DNA of 64,000 nucleotides, taken from positions 46,234 to 110,233 of the IMG/VR virus record IMGVR_UViG_3300042887_002597. One strand, given 5' to 3'. Shown here piece after piece: positions 28,954-38,531 of the stretch. The notes below the pieces were generated by a model, which saw only the letters and a list, made by a program, of their open reading frames with translations, searched no databases and was not told the origin of the DNA. Position numbers and translations under genes: made by a program. This DNA comes from a virus. Taxonomy: Duplodnaviria > Heunggongvirae > Uroviricota > Caudoviricetes. How positions within the stretch are numbered: position 1 is the stretch's first letter; each line of letters opens with the position of its first letter.

Positions 28954-29781
28954 TTATTTCAACAAACTATAATACTCCTTAAAGTGCTTTATTCTATCAG
29001 GTAGTCCAATAGTGCCACCATTCACTCGTTTAGTCACAGCCGTCACAGTAGCATCGTCAGCTCCCTTATCGCAAATAGACCAAAGGTTGTTGGAGTTAAA
29101 GAAGAATGCTGCAGATGCAAGTGGATACTTGGTAGCTACTAAGTCTGGATCGTTTACCGTATCTTCGCCAATGAATTTAGCAAAGTTTGTATAGTTTGAC
29201 TTACCGGTTAACTGAATATAACCACGTCCACGATACTTGTATCCTTCACCGGTAGACTCATCACCATTACCCATTCTTGATCCATAAACACGAGATGCGA
29301 TCTTTGCTGGTTGCTTAGCATATGAGTTAGCCAAATCACCAGGGAAGTACTTGCCAAATATCTTTTTAAGGCCGTCTGCAGAGTAGTTTAAGTTCTCTTG
29401 GATTGCTTTAAACCCAGCTGATTCATGTCCACATTGAGCTAAGAAATGAGCTAAACGTAGTGGGTTCGTGATGTTAAACTTAGCTGCAGTGTCTGGAATT
29501 TGAGCAATTACTGCATCAGGGATGTGCCCTTTTAGCGCATCTAACTTAAATGCTGATGGTGGAATTGCTACAGGAGCAGTTGCCTGTACAGGAGTTGCTG
29601 TACCGAACATCTTACCCCACGTACCAGGTCCTACGATACCATCTGCCGTTAGACCATTAGCTGCCTGCCATTCTTTAACCTTAGCCTCAGTGCCAGGTCC
29701 AAATACGCCATCCGCTCCTAAGCCTAATAGCGTTTGAAGTTGCTTAACTTCTTCTCCTTTCGATCCGTTCTTTAATAACAT
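28954..29781 (-). CDS. endolysin: peptidoglycan-binding domain + GH19-family lysozyme
   Basis: 275 aa. N-terminal PG_binding_1-like repeat (LKNGSKGEEVKQLQTLLG...DGVFGPGT). Catalytic region AHFLAQCGHESAGF ... YRGRGYIQLTGKSNY is a classic GH19 signature. Confidence 0.8.
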   Translation of the reverse strand: MLLKNGSKGEEVKQLQTLLGLGADGVFGPGTEAKVKEWQAANGLTADGIVGPGTWGKMFGTATPVQATAPVAIPPSAFKLDALKGHIPDAVIAQIPDTAAKFNITNPLRLAHFLAQCGHESAGFKAIQENLNYSADGLKKIFGKYFPGDLANSYAKQPAKIASRVYGSRMGNGDESTGEGYKYRGRGYIQLTGKSNYTNFAKFIGEDTVNDPDLVATKYPLASAAFFFNSNNLWSICDKGADDATVTAVTKRVNGGTIGLPDRIKHFKEYYSLLK

Positions 29782-29786
29782 AAGCT

Positions 29787-30383
29787 TTATTTAATGTCGC
29801 TTGACTCGATAAGCGTGTAAGTAAAAGAGTTTCCGTGAATATCACGAGACTTACGACAGATAGTCATAAATGCTTCAAAGTCTGCTGCCTTCTTAAACAC
29901 TTGACAGCCTTCTGACCAGTTCTCAACGTAAGTAGAGTCTGCACCAGCCTTGTGTATATTGATTCCGAATACACCCTCTTGGATTTTATTCTCGTCATAA
30001 GTCATGTCACGATTAGCGTCGCGATAAACCTTAACTGGCTTATTCTGACCTAATGCTTCGTACTTACCTTGGTGTAATCTGATGATATGCGAACTGCGAT
30101 ACTGTCCTTCTACAAGACGAGCAACACCAGCTGCATTATGATACTCCTTAACTCCCTTCTTACCAGGATCGGTTGTAGCAGCCCAGCAGTGGAATTTCCA
30201 CACACCATTCTCTTTATATGAAATCGTTAGCAAATCATCAAACACATTAGTTACAGTCTGACCTGTCGCAGAATTGCGAATACCTACGATATTAACGTCG
30301 TAACCCTTGTTGTTAGCGTCTTCAAACCAAACGTATCCTTTGGATTTGACAGCTGCTTCTACCTGTTCTCTTGTATAGCTCAT
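29787..30383 (-). CDS. putative peptidoglycan peptidase with His...Cys motif (YkuD/LD-peptidase-like)
   Basis: 198 aa. GINIHKAG ... SEGCQVF motif. Homologous by eye to the C-terminal domain of tail paralog 3. Sits next to the endolysin. The fold assignment is inference. Confidence 0.6.
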   Translation of the reverse strand: MSYTREQVEAAVKSKGYVWFEDANNKGYDVNIVGIRNSATGQTVTNVFDDLLTISYKENGVWKFHCWAATTDPGKKGVKEYHNAAGVARLVEGQYRSSHIIRLHQGKYEALGQNKPVKVYRDANRDMTYDENKIQEGVFGINIHKAGADSTYVENWSEGCQVFKKAADFEAFMTICRKSRDIHGNSFTYTLIESSDIK

Positions 30384-30417
30384 AATATATCCTTTAAGGA
30401 TAAATATGGGCTATTAG

Positions 30418-30585
30418 TGGTAATCTACTTGCAAATCATCGTAAGCTTGTTGGTACGCAAAACTCTTACGCATACCAGCATCTATATGAGATTTTGCACG
30501 CTCAGTAACCTCTTTTCCTAAGCCTTTTTTGTAAGCTTTCCAAAGGATTTCCTCGATTAATTCGTCGTTTGTAACGCTCATGGAT
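30418..30585 (-). CDS. small hypothetical protein (55 aa)
   Basis: My own translation: MSVTNDELIEEILWKAYKKGLGKEVTERAKSHIDAGMRKSFAYQQAYDDLQVDYH. Preceded upstream by a TATAAATATACGC promoter-like box at 30601. Confidence 0.4.
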
Positions 30586-30864
30586 TGTGGGGTATATAGC
30601 TATAAATATACGCAAAAAATGCAAAGTGTAGATAGCAATTTTTAGTGGAAAATTAAGCCAATTTTTAGGAATATCGTAGGTGAATAACCCGCATTGTATG
30701 AAGTCGTAAAATTGGTTTTAAACGGTCAAATCTTCGTTTTAAACGAGTCATTTTTTTCGCATAGAATTGGGCTCATTTTGACTAAAAAATGCCGGTAAAA
30801 ACGGGCTAAAAGTGTTTTATAACTAGTTGAGAATCAAGTAGTTATAGACGGTAAAATGCGGTGT

Positions 30865-31104
30865 TTAAGCGTTTGGTTTGAACCAATTACTGCACCATTT
30901 AGAAGGGTCTTTTATCGGATTTTTTGCGTCGTCTAACAGGCGTTCTGTACCCATATATTTTACGTAATCGACGTTATTGCACTTATGTATTCCATCCTCT
31001 TCGTAGTAGAATTTACACACGTGACAACCGAAGCCATCTTTGGAATACATATAAGGAACGTATTGCTCCTTCTCTTCGTTTAGTATCTGTGTTAATTTAA
31101 TCAT
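30865..31104 (-). CDS. small Cys-containing hypothetical protein
   Basis: The ORF track gives 30865..31182. Starting instead at the internal MIKLTQILNEEKEQ removes the out-of-frame overlap with the upstream gene. Contains a CHVC...C cluster. Confidence 0.45.
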   Translation of the reverse strand: MIKLTQILNEEKEQYVPYMYSKDGFGCHVCKFYYEEDGIHKCNNVDYVKYMGTERLLDDAKNPIKDPSKWCSNWFKPNA

Positions 31105-31531
31105 TATCGGTAAAGGTAAAAGTAATGTCAGGGTATTTAGACTCCATACGTCTCCAGAAGCCACCACTGACATCTCGATCAACTACCACTTCAAAAGGAG
31201 TATCCTTATGACGTCTAATCACTTCTGCAATAGCTTCAAATAGCTTTTGACCATGTCCTGGTAGGTTGGATTCTTTGTTATTCACAATAGTCTTTACTAT
31301 GACCTTGATAGTACCGTCAAGCTCTTCGACAGCAATCCATAATGCTGTAGGCTTTGCCTTAGAGTCGATATGTACAATTGGTCTGTTGCGAGCATCTAAG
31401 ACAGTTGATGCTACTATGTTGTTCCTATCAATCAGAACGTTAGGTAGTAGCTTCTTGATAGCTTGCTCAAGCTCTTTTATTAAAGAGTTGGTTTGGATCA
31501 TTTCCTCAAGCAGATTGTAAAGACTCGTCAT
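31097..31531 (-). CDS. hypothetical protein
   Basis: 144-aa ORF. Confidence 0.6.
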   Translation of the reverse strand: MTSLYNLLEEMIQTNSLIKELEQAIKKLLPNVLIDRNNIVASTVLDARNRPIVHIDSKAKPTALWIAVEELDGTIKVIVKTIVNNKESNLPGHGQKLFEAIAEVIRRHKDTPFEVVVDRDVSGGFWRRMESKYPDITFTFTDND

Positions 31532-31555
31532 CTAATATAAATAGGTCGCAAAAAG

Positions 31556-31588
31556 GAAAAGCCCCAAAAGGGGCTTCACCATTAACAC
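31556..31588 (-). terminator. rho-independent terminator
   Basis: On the minus strand: GAAGCCCC-TTTT-GGGGCTTTTCCTTTTTG, a 7-bp GC-rich stem followed by a T-run, directly after the stop of 31602..32390. Confidence 0.6.
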
Positions 31589-31601
31589 AAAACACAAAAC
31601 C

Positions 31602-32390
31602 TTATGGTTGAATCAACACAGGTGCTTTACCATCTGTAATGATAACACGATTGGTACTCCAACGAAGTGCATCAATATAACGCTCCATTAAAATCTCCTT
31701 AGTCAAACCTTTCGACTTAATAGTATTAGTCTCCTGTTCAATCTGAGCTTTCTCTTTTTGCATACGAGCTACTTCTAATTCATTACGAACCTGCTCTGCC
31801 ATCTGCTTCTGATTGTTACGCAGTTCGATAGCATTAGCCATAGAAGAAGGTGGTGTTAGTCCAGATGTAAGGCTATTAAGCTTAAAGTACTTAGACTCAA
31901 ACTCAGACTTCAAACGCTCCTGTACTTTGTTTTCGAATGCATTTAGATTATTCATCAAAGAGTCTGTTGTAAAGTTACGAGCTTCTTCACGAAAGGCATT
32001 TATCACAATAGGATTCAGAATCATGTTCTCGACATTATCCATGTTCTCATCAAAGTTAGTGTGCTTATAGTTGAATACAATATCAATACCCTTACCACGA
32101 ATAGCTTCATAGGTGAAAGATGGATCGACAGTAAACGTACCAGCATCCTTAGCTGTAATGCTTACTTGTGTAGGGTCAGCTGCTTGTTCGTACATTGGCA
32201 CTTGATACAACTCAGTACCAGGTCCTAAGATACCTTGACTACCAGTCACGACTGTAAAGTCGGCCATACCATTACGGCCATAGTTCTGCATAAGTACACC
32301 TTCAAAGTTAGGTTGAACTGGGTTACACGCTGTGAATAAAGTAGCTACAAACATAAGAGCTACAAGGGGGAATAAGATTGATTTTTTCAT
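31602..32390 (-). CDS. lipoprotein
   Basis: 262 aa. Signal peptide MKKSILFPLVALMFVATLFTAC with lipobox Cys. Confidence 0.65.
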   Translation of the reverse strand: MKKSILFPLVALMFVATLFTACNPVQPNFEGVLMQNYGRNGMADFTVVTGSQGILGPGTELYQVPMYEQAADPTQVSITAKDAGTFTVDPSFTYEAIRGKGIDIVFNYKHTNFDENMDNVENMILNPIVINAFREEARNFTTDSLMNNLNAFENKVQERLKSEFESKYFKLNSLTSGLTPPSSMANAIELRNNQKQMAEQVRNELEVARMQKEKAQIEQETNTIKSKGLTKEILMERYIDALRWSTNRVIITDGKAPVLIQP

Positions 32391-32410
32391 TTTACTTTAT
32401 TTATTTTGAT

Positions 32411-32584
32411 TTATTTTACGTTAAACATTTTATGATAAGGAAGACTAAACAACACAAAGATGTGTGTTACAACTCCAATCCAAGCTATCCAAGGTAGCGG
32501 TGAACGGAAGGTGATTAACCATAGCCAAAGCATTCCTGCATTAGCTATAATGAACAGCAAGGCTGTAAATAATACTTTTTTCAT
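32411..32584 (-). CDS. small two-helix membrane protein (57 aa)
   Basis: My own translation: MKKVLFTALLFIIANAGMLWLWLITFRSPLPWIAWIGVVTHIFVLFSLPYHKMFNVK. ATGA-type overlap with the upstream gene's stop. Confidence 0.4.
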   Translation of the reverse strand: MKKVLFTALLFIIANAGMLWLWLITFRSPLPWIAWIGVVTHIFVLFSLPYHKMFNVK

Positions 32585-33183
32585 TTCGTCAATTGTTTTA
32601 TTGTGATTTCTAATAACGCTTTGTAAGCTGATAGTGATAGTTTCTTGGCAGTAAGACTTGTTAGTGCATTAGGGACTTCATCTGAGTCTTTGTATAAGAC
32701 CTTAGCTAATCGTAAAGCTCGTCTACGTAACTGCTCCTCAGTACGACCTGTCCACTTGAGTACTGCCTTGCTGAAACTATCAATAGGCAGCACTCGTATA
32801 ACACAATCTTGTACCATATGCTCGAACACATATCGCTTTGCACTCTCCTCAATCTCTTTGGTTAGGTAACCGTGCTTAATACACTTTGCAATAGCATATT
32901 GTTCAGCAACGTACTCTTGCATGTAAGCGTAGTTACGTTCACCCTTTACTATATGACCGACTTCGTGCATACAGACATAGAAGCTATACCTGTCAGTAGG
33001 TACTGGTATGCTCACTTGTCCGTGGTCTATAAACGCTTCATACACTACATCACGACTTGTTCTACGACCGTTGTAGGGTAGCCATTTGCGTACTCTAATC
33101 AAGTGATAATCTAAGTGATCTCTCACAATCTTTAGCATCTTTTGGTCTGCCTTTGCAAGGCGTTGTTTCGTCGTTTTCTTCAT
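32581..33183 (-). CDS. HExxH zinc metallopeptidase-like protein
   Basis: 200 aa with CMHEVGHIV motif. Confidence 0.55.
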   Translation of the reverse strand: MKKTTKQRLAKADQKMLKIVRDHLDYHLIRVRKWLPYNGRRTSRDVVYEAFIDHGQVSIPVPTDRYSFYVCMHEVGHIVKGERNYAYMQEYVAEQYAIAKCIKHGYLTKEIEESAKRYVFEHMVQDCVIRVLPIDSFSKAVLKWTGRTEEQLRRRALRLAKVLYKDSDEVPNALTSLTAKKLSLSAYKALLEITIKQLTK

Positions 33184-33854
33184 ATCTTAGCTTTAGCAAA
33201 TGCCTCGTAAACTCTCGGCGTAAGTTCCTCGTAATTCATGTCAAATCGTGTAGACATAACAGCTTGTATACCTTGGTTAGTGTATGGCGAATTACTCGGA
33301 GAACTCCACTTGCGAGAATGCTGCATCCAGTTATAAAAGTGAATGTAAGCGTTAGCTTTCTTAATGTAATCCTTTACGTCAATACTAAGCTTCCACTTCT
33401 TGATAAGTCGCACAGTACGACGCTCATTATCCAACTCCAAATCGCGCGATACGCCTAAGTGATTCTTGATACGATGCACGCGCTTACCGCCGAGCCATTC
33501 GTCAATTTTCTGCATAGAGTTACCCGCTTTATCCCACAAATCGATACCCTCATCCCACTGAGTTAAATGTGCATATTCGTGTGCTAAAATACCTAAAGCA
33601 TCAGGACGATTCATCGAACAAACAAGCGCCTTACCCTCAGAATCAAAGTACCCAGAACAGCGGATATTGCTAACTTTTACGTACTTTGTAGGACGCAAAT
33701 CGCACTTGATTCCAGTACGTTTACACTCAGCCTTAACGTGCTCAATAAACGCTAAATCTTCCTTAGTAAATCTTGTCATCATCGCAATAGCGCGAGCCTT
33801 TCTTGAGTATTTTTTTATGCGTTTCATAGTTGTTTTTTTATTCTTCATTACCAC
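33180..33854 (-). CDS. HExxH zinc metallopeptidase-like protein (second copy)
   Basis: 224 aa with ILAHEYAHLTQWDEG motif. Adjacent to, and translationally coupled with, the other HExxH protein. Confidence 0.55.
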   Translation of the reverse strand: MVMKNKKTTMKRIKKYSRKARAIAMMTRFTKEDLAFIEHVKAECKRTGIKCDLRPTKYVKVSNIRCSGYFDSEGKALVCSMNRPDALGILAHEYAHLTQWDEGIDLWDKAGNSMQKIDEWLGGKRVHRIKNHLGVSRDLELDNERRTVRLIKKWKLSIDVKDYIKKANAYIHFYNWMQHSRKWSSPSNSPYTNQGIQAVMSTRFDMNYEELTPRVYEAFAKAKI

Positions 33855-34152
33855 GTTCTTTCGCCATCTTCTTGAATATCTTATCGTCAGAAAATGCGTT
33901 GTTTGACTTCCTAATCATGTTGACAAACCACGCGACAGACTTGGCCTGTTGCCAAGCCTCTCGCACTGAATTTGCTGGCGGATACAAGAGCTCTGCCGGT
34001 ACGACAGACTCTGCATCTTCACCATGTACTACGGAATAGTGACCCGCACTATTCATCGCAGTCCGAGCTCCGGGAAATCGCTTCTCAATGAAGCGTTTCA
34101 TCTTCTGAAATTCCTTCTGCTCTGGGGATAATACAATCTTCTGCTTACGCAT
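33838..34152 (-). CDS. hypothetical protein
   Basis: 104-aa ORF. Confidence 0.55.
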   Translation of the reverse strand: MRKQKIVLSPEQKEFQKMKRFIEKRFPGARTAMNSAGHYSVVHGEDAESVVPAELLYPPANSVREAWQQAKSVAWFVNMIRKSNNAFSDDKIFKKMAKERGNEE

Positions 34153-35336
34153 TAGAACGGCATTTTAGAAGAAGTGTAATCCTCATTCATCAAGGTCTCA
34201 TCAGAGCCATCAGTCACGTATTTCTGCACTAACTGCTTAACAAACGTACGCTCAGACTGCAAGCCACCCTCCGCAGAATACAAAGGATAGATAGCTACCT
34301 CAGCACACTCTTCAAGCGTGAATCCGTCAGACATAAGACCCGCCATCTCCACTACAGAACGTGTAGAGATAGGAGTCTGAATGCGCGGAGAATCCGTACG
34401 CATCTCAGTACGAGTAGCAGACGCAATCTCTGCAAGATTCATAGCAATAGCTCTCGATAAAGTAGGCTGTACCTGGCAGATAAGAGTAGCCTCTTGAGCC
34501 GGCTCTAAGAAAGGAATCTCAGCAATAACGAAGCGGTCTAACAACGCACGGTCCATCACACGAACTGCGGTATACTCACTACCAATGTTAGCAGTACCGA
34601 TGAAACATACACCCTCTGCAACCTTAACAGTCGGAGAGTTTACAGCCTCGTCAAGACGCAAGTAACGCTGGTTAGGATCAAGTACAGTCATAAGGATGTT
34701 CCAAGCCTCTGGATGTGCGCGAGATACCTCGTCAAGCAAAATCACAGTATTCGGAGTCTTCAGAGCCTTAACAAAAGCAGACTCGTTAAAGAACGTACCT
34801 GCATCCTTAGAGAAGTGCGTGTTACCAATCAACGCACCACGCGGATCTTGCGTAGCTCCTAAGTTGATATAGAAAATCTCACGCTCCATAGCCTTCGCTG
34901 CAGCGAACGCAGTCTGCGACTTACCACAACCGGTAGGACCCGTCAATAGCATGTTAGTACCGCGCAATACAGAGCGACATATAAACTTCCACGTCAAATC
35001 CTCGCAGAACAAGGTCTCAGGACGTTTCTCTACGCACGTGTTAAGGAAAGCCATAACAGTGTTCTCTGCTGCAGGAACTGCAGTCTCATTAACTGATTTT
35101 TTACTCATAGTCTTAGTATTAGGTGAAACCTGGCGCCATTTGCCGGATTCGTTAGACAACCACATCCCAGCCTTGAAAGCCTTAGATAGCGTCATATACG
35201 TGATTTCACTGGTAATGTCAGCGCCGTTAATAGTGTTAAAGGCTCTTACTGATTCGCCACGTTTTCCAGCGGCTAAACAAACTTCTGCGATAATTGCGGT
35301 GTTCATAGTGTTTTGTGTTTTTGTGTTATTTTTCAT
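34152..35336 (-). CDS. MoxR/CobS-like AAA+ ATPase
   Basis: 394 aa. Walker A LLTGPTGCGKSQTA, Walker B VILLDEVSRAHPE, arginine-finger-like region. AAA_5 type, as found in phage CobS-like proteins. Confidence 0.7.
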   Translation of the reverse strand: MKNNTKTQNTMNTAIIAEVCLAAGKRGESVRAFNTINGADITSEITYMTLSKAFKAGMWLSNESGKWRQVSPNTKTMSKKSVNETAVPAAENTVMAFLNTCVEKRPETLFCEDLTWKFICRSVLRGTNMLLTGPTGCGKSQTAFAAAKAMEREIFYINLGATQDPRGALIGNTHFSKDAGTFFNESAFVKALKTPNTVILLDEVSRAHPEAWNILMTVLDPNQRYLRLDEAVNSPTVKVAEGVCFIGTANIGSEYTAVRVMDRALLDRFVIAEIPFLEPAQEATLICQVQPTLSRAIAMNLAEIASATRTEMRTDSPRIQTPISTRSVVEMAGLMSDGFTLEECAEVAIYPLYSAEGGLQSERTFVKQLVQKYVTDGSDETLMNEDYTSSKMPF

Positions 35337-35442
35337 ATGGTAAAGATCACCCCATTATTTGGATTCACAACCGGTTGGGGTGATAATTTTCCGGAAGTTA
35401 TGAACCGAGTTATGAACCGACTAAAAGCCGGTACTTGTGCGC

Positions 35443-36486
35443 TTAGAGCGCAGCCTGGTCCTTGCACCAATCGTAGATTGAATCAGCTACTGAGTCAACC
35501 ATAGCATCTGCTACTGAACGCTCGTCCCACGACGTTTCTACGCTAAAATCGCGACCGTAACCGGAGTTAATCTCCACGTCAACTGCGCTCTCGCAATCGA
35601 CCTCTCCAATAGAGTCAATCAGCGCACTACGCAAGTCAAAGTCCTCTTCAAATGCACGCATTACGGCGATCCAATCGATCTGCCCCGTTGCGTCGTTAGT
35701 GGCGATAGCAGCAGGCTGTACAGCCGGTTCTACTGGTGTTGTATTACACTTAGCAAGTGCGATAGCTCTCGCTTCTAAGTCGTTCAACAAAGTCCTAAAT
35801 CCACTGGCTCCTAACAACACATCGAGAGTCTGCGCAATAACTGCACCATTAGCAGCCAACGACGTATTACCAGTCCACTCGTAATCAATCACCTCAAACT
35901 CCTCTGTATTTGCGTTCTCTACAACAGCTTTATATATGAAGGTCACGCCAGTAGGCAATGTCACTGGGATTGCGATGTGGTACTGTTTGTACGGCGTATC
36001 AATAGCAGGTGTACCGATATTAAGGATGTTGCTAATTGCGTTGTTTGTCGTCTCTGAATTTTGCATGTTTTGCGTGTTTATTGTGTTATTTATTTCTTGA
36101 TTTAGTGCGGTAAATGCGGCCTTTACGCCTTCGCAAATTACCTCTTTTGGTATGGCTCCTTGACGGAGTCTATTCACGTATAGTGCGTAATCACTACACC
36201 CTTGAACGCGTCTCATCTCCACTTCGAAGACGTCAGACCCCATAGTAATAGTGGGATGTGCGGCAACGTAATCCAGCATGGATGTAGTCCTAAATTCGCG
36301 GTTAACACCCCAGTACTTAGTACGCGCGCCAAACGTGCGCATTTCGGTGAAAATTCGGTTATAGCCTTCGCCTGGTTTCATGCCAATAGTCTCCATCATT
36401 TTCTTGCGGTATTCGCGCAAAACTGGTACTAAGTACGGGTAATCGAAAGGGTGAATGTGCTCGTAGCGGTCTGTTAATTTCTGCAT
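35443..36486 (-). CDS. hypothetical protein
   Basis: 347-aa ORF, acidic C-terminus. Confidence 0.65.
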   Translation of the reverse strand: MQKLTDRYEHIHPFDYPYLVPVLREYRKKMMETIGMKPGEGYNRIFTEMRTFGARTKYWGVNREFRTTSMLDYVAAHPTITMGSDVFEVEMRRVQGCSDYALYVNRLRQGAIPKEVICEGVKAAFTALNQEINNTINTQNMQNSETTNNAISNILNIGTPAIDTPYKQYHIAIPVTLPTGVTFIYKAVVENANTEEFEVIDYEWTGNTSLAANGAVIAQTLDVLLGASGFRTLLNDLEARAIALAKCNTTPVEPAVQPAAIATNDATGQIDWIAVMRAFEEDFDLRSALIDSIGEVDCESAVDVEINSGYGRDFSVETSWDERSVADAMVDSVADSIYDWCKDQAAL

Positions 36487-36512
36487 TTTCTGTGTGTTTT
36501 TTGTGTGTTAAT

Positions 36513-36653
36513 TACTTCAATCCAAGGGCGTCTCCTACCCATAATGTAGCGATAAAAATCGCAAGGATAGTGGTGAAAAAGGTTGCTGCTTTCAGCAATT
36601 CTAGCGGGTTCTCAACCCACGCATTTTTGAGTGTTTTTATCATTTCTTTCATA
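36513..36653 (-). CDS. small membrane protein candidate (46 aa)
   Basis: My own translation: MKEMIKTLKNAWVENPLELLKAATFFTTILAIFIATLWVGDALGLK. Confidence 0.3.
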
Positions 36654-36746
36654 GCCTAAAGGTCCCTCTTTTTTTTGGTTCTACAACCGCGCAATTACTG
36701 CGGAGCGTTGTGTGTAACTGTGTGATTGTCAGCAAGTTAAGCGCTT

Positions 36747-36765
36747 ATTTAGACGTTCTCTAAAT
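36747..36765. promoter_or_regulatory. 19-bp perfect palindrome ATTTAGA-CGTTC-TCTAAAT
   Basis: One of four copies; the others are at 37718-37736, 42064-42082 and 47804-47822. Confidence 0.5.
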
Positions 36766-37009
36766 TAGTGTTTTCCGCGTTTTCTGCAGCAGAATAATGA
36801 GCATCTAAGAACTCCCAAATCTGGTCAGTTAACTCAAGGTCATCCAGCTCGTAACCGTGCTTAGTACGCATGATTGAGTCGATTACTTTCCCGTCTTTGT
36901 TTATGTACTCAAGGACGTGAATCACGTCGTCTGACGCGGTTTTCAACACGGTTCTCTGAACCGTCAGTACTTCTGTTTCTGTATATAAAATATCCATGAT
37001 TTTATGCAA
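36749..37009 (-). CDS. hypothetical protein
   Basis: 86-aa ORF. Confidence 0.55.
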   Translation of the reverse strand: MHKIMDILYTETEVLTVQRTVLKTASDDVIHVLEYINKDGKVIDSIMRTKHGYELDDLELTDQIWEFLDAHYSAAENAENTNLENV

Positions 37010-37018
37010 TTTTAGTGA

Positions 37019-37240
37019 TTATTTCTTTGACTTGTTCTTCGCATCAATAGCGTCTTCTGCAGCTCTCAAAAGCTTGATGAACAGCGGGTTATCCTTCTCG
37101 ATCTCCTCGTTGTTATCGCAGTCGCGAACTTCGTATTCCCACGATAATCCCGTGTCTGCAACGCGTACTTCGTAGTTAATGTCTTCGTGCTCAATATCCA
37201 CGAGATACGAGCTAAATGTGGTAATGTTAAAAACGTCCAT
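37019..37240 (-). CDS. hypothetical protein
   Basis: 73-aa ORF. Confidence 0.5.
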   Translation of the reverse strand: MDVFNITTFSSYLVDIEHEDINYEVRVADTGLSWEYEVRDCDNNEEIEKDNPLFIKLLRAAEDAIDAKNKSKK

Positions 37241-37263
37241 TTTATGTGTGTATTAAAGGGTTA

Positions 37264-37623
37264 TTACTTAGTTTGTGCGGTTAATGCGATCAACTGACCA
37301 TTCACCATCTTATGCGGAACTCCGCCTACCATCACGTACTTAGACTGCATAGCATTCAACGGTACACGTGGGTTATTAGCACGTACCTTGGAGATACGCT
37401 GTAATACCGGGATAGCAGTAGTCTTAGACTCAATAGCAACCACAGCAGGCGTAGAAGCCTCGAAAGATGCAGAGTTATTGAACTCTAACGCTTTCTGGCG
37501 GTAGTAGTGGGATTGCCAGTTGATCTCTTCACGCTTTTCAGCAGGGACTAACGTGAACTTCGCAGTAGATGCGGGTGTATACGCTTTTAGCGCGTTTTTC
37601 GGTTGTGTGTTCTTTTTATTCAT
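37264..37623 (-). CDS. hypothetical protein
   Basis: 119-aa ORF preceded by a promoter-like element at 37627-37662. Confidence 0.6.
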   Translation of the reverse strand: MNKKNTQPKNALKAYTPASTAKFTLVPAEKREEINWQSHYYRQKALEFNNSASFEASTPAVVAIESKTTAIPVLQRISKVRANNPRVPLNAMQSKYVMVGGVPHKMVNGQLIALTAQTK

Positions 37624-37717
37624 ATAGTAAAGATACTCCTAATATCCAGATGTACAACCGCGCGTGGCCTGCGGCCCCCTTTGCATAACCCAGTGATTAC
37701 CAACACGTTACCGTGTT

Positions 37718-37736
37718 ATTTAGAATGTCTCTAAAT
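37718..37736. promoter_or_regulatory. 19-bp palindrome ATTTAGA-ATGTC-TCTAAAT
   Basis: Copy 2 of 4. Confidence 0.5.
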
Positions 37737-37752
37737 TAGTGTTTCCCGCATT

Positions 37753-38190
37753 TTATGGGGCGACTTTTTTTACACCCGTCTTGTAAACCTTTAACCACAC
37801 GCGTGCGTTGTTCCACCACCCACTATACAAGTGGTAGCAAATGTCGTCGTTGGGATGCTTAAACTCGCTACTCCACACGAAGTTCACAATGTTCCCTGTC
37901 TTTGGATTATACAGCGTAATCTCTGTGTATTTACCCTTGCTATACTCATACAGCCGTCTACCAAACGCATTAGCCTTGGTGACCAAGGTGGAAGCATCTT
38001 CATCGTAATGAAAAGCGTCCTTCGTAAGATCCGCATGAATCGTGGTTAAAGGAGGCGCTACAACTTGGTCCAATGCCTCTTTGATCCACTCAGCTGCCGT
38101 GGGGCCTACAGTGATTTGTGTGGTTTGATATCTGCTATTCATGCCGTGTAGCAGCTTGCTTAGCAATGAGTCTTCTTCAGTAGGTTCCAT
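37753..38190 (-). CDS. hypothetical protein
   Basis: 145-aa ORF. Confidence 0.6.
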   Translation of the reverse strand: MEPTEEDSLLSKLLHGMNSRYQTTQITVGPTAAEWIKEALDQVVAPPLTTIHADLTKDAFHYDEDASTLVTKANAFGRRLYEYSKGKYTEITLYNPKTGNIVNFVWSSEFKHPNDDICYHLYSGWWNNARVWLKVYKTGVKKVAP

Positions 38191-38192
38191 GT

Positions 38193-38531
38193 TTATATCT
38201 TTTTATATGCTCCATTGTAACGCGCAGTAGCCGCGTCTCTCCATACGTTCATACGCAAGTGTACTCCCTTGTACACTGCTTGGTACACTATGCACAAGGG
38301 ACTTGCGGTAAGCTTGGTAAACTGCACGATTACGTCAGTCTCTATATTCTCCACGTCAATAGGGTGTTGTGTCCAATCATCCTCCATAGTAGGTGGATCG
38401 GAGAACACATCGTAACGTGTAATGTGCAGTGTACGTGAAGTTTCGTCATATACAGTTGAGCTATCTATGCTAATCTTAAAGGCTATGTCTAAATCTTTCA
38501 TGTAATGTAGGTTGTTTATTAGTTGGTGCAA
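38193..38531 (-). CDS. hypothetical protein (paralog of 39207..39536)
   Basis: 112 aa. Shares RTLH(I/V)T, GVY and VW(R/L)D blocks with 39207..39536. Confidence 0.55.
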   Translation of the reverse strand: MHQLINNLHYMKDLDIAFKISIDSSTVYDETSRTLHITRYDVFSDPPTMEDDWTQHPIDVENIETDVIVQFTKLTASPLCIVYQAVYKGVHLRMNVWRDAATARYNGAYKKI

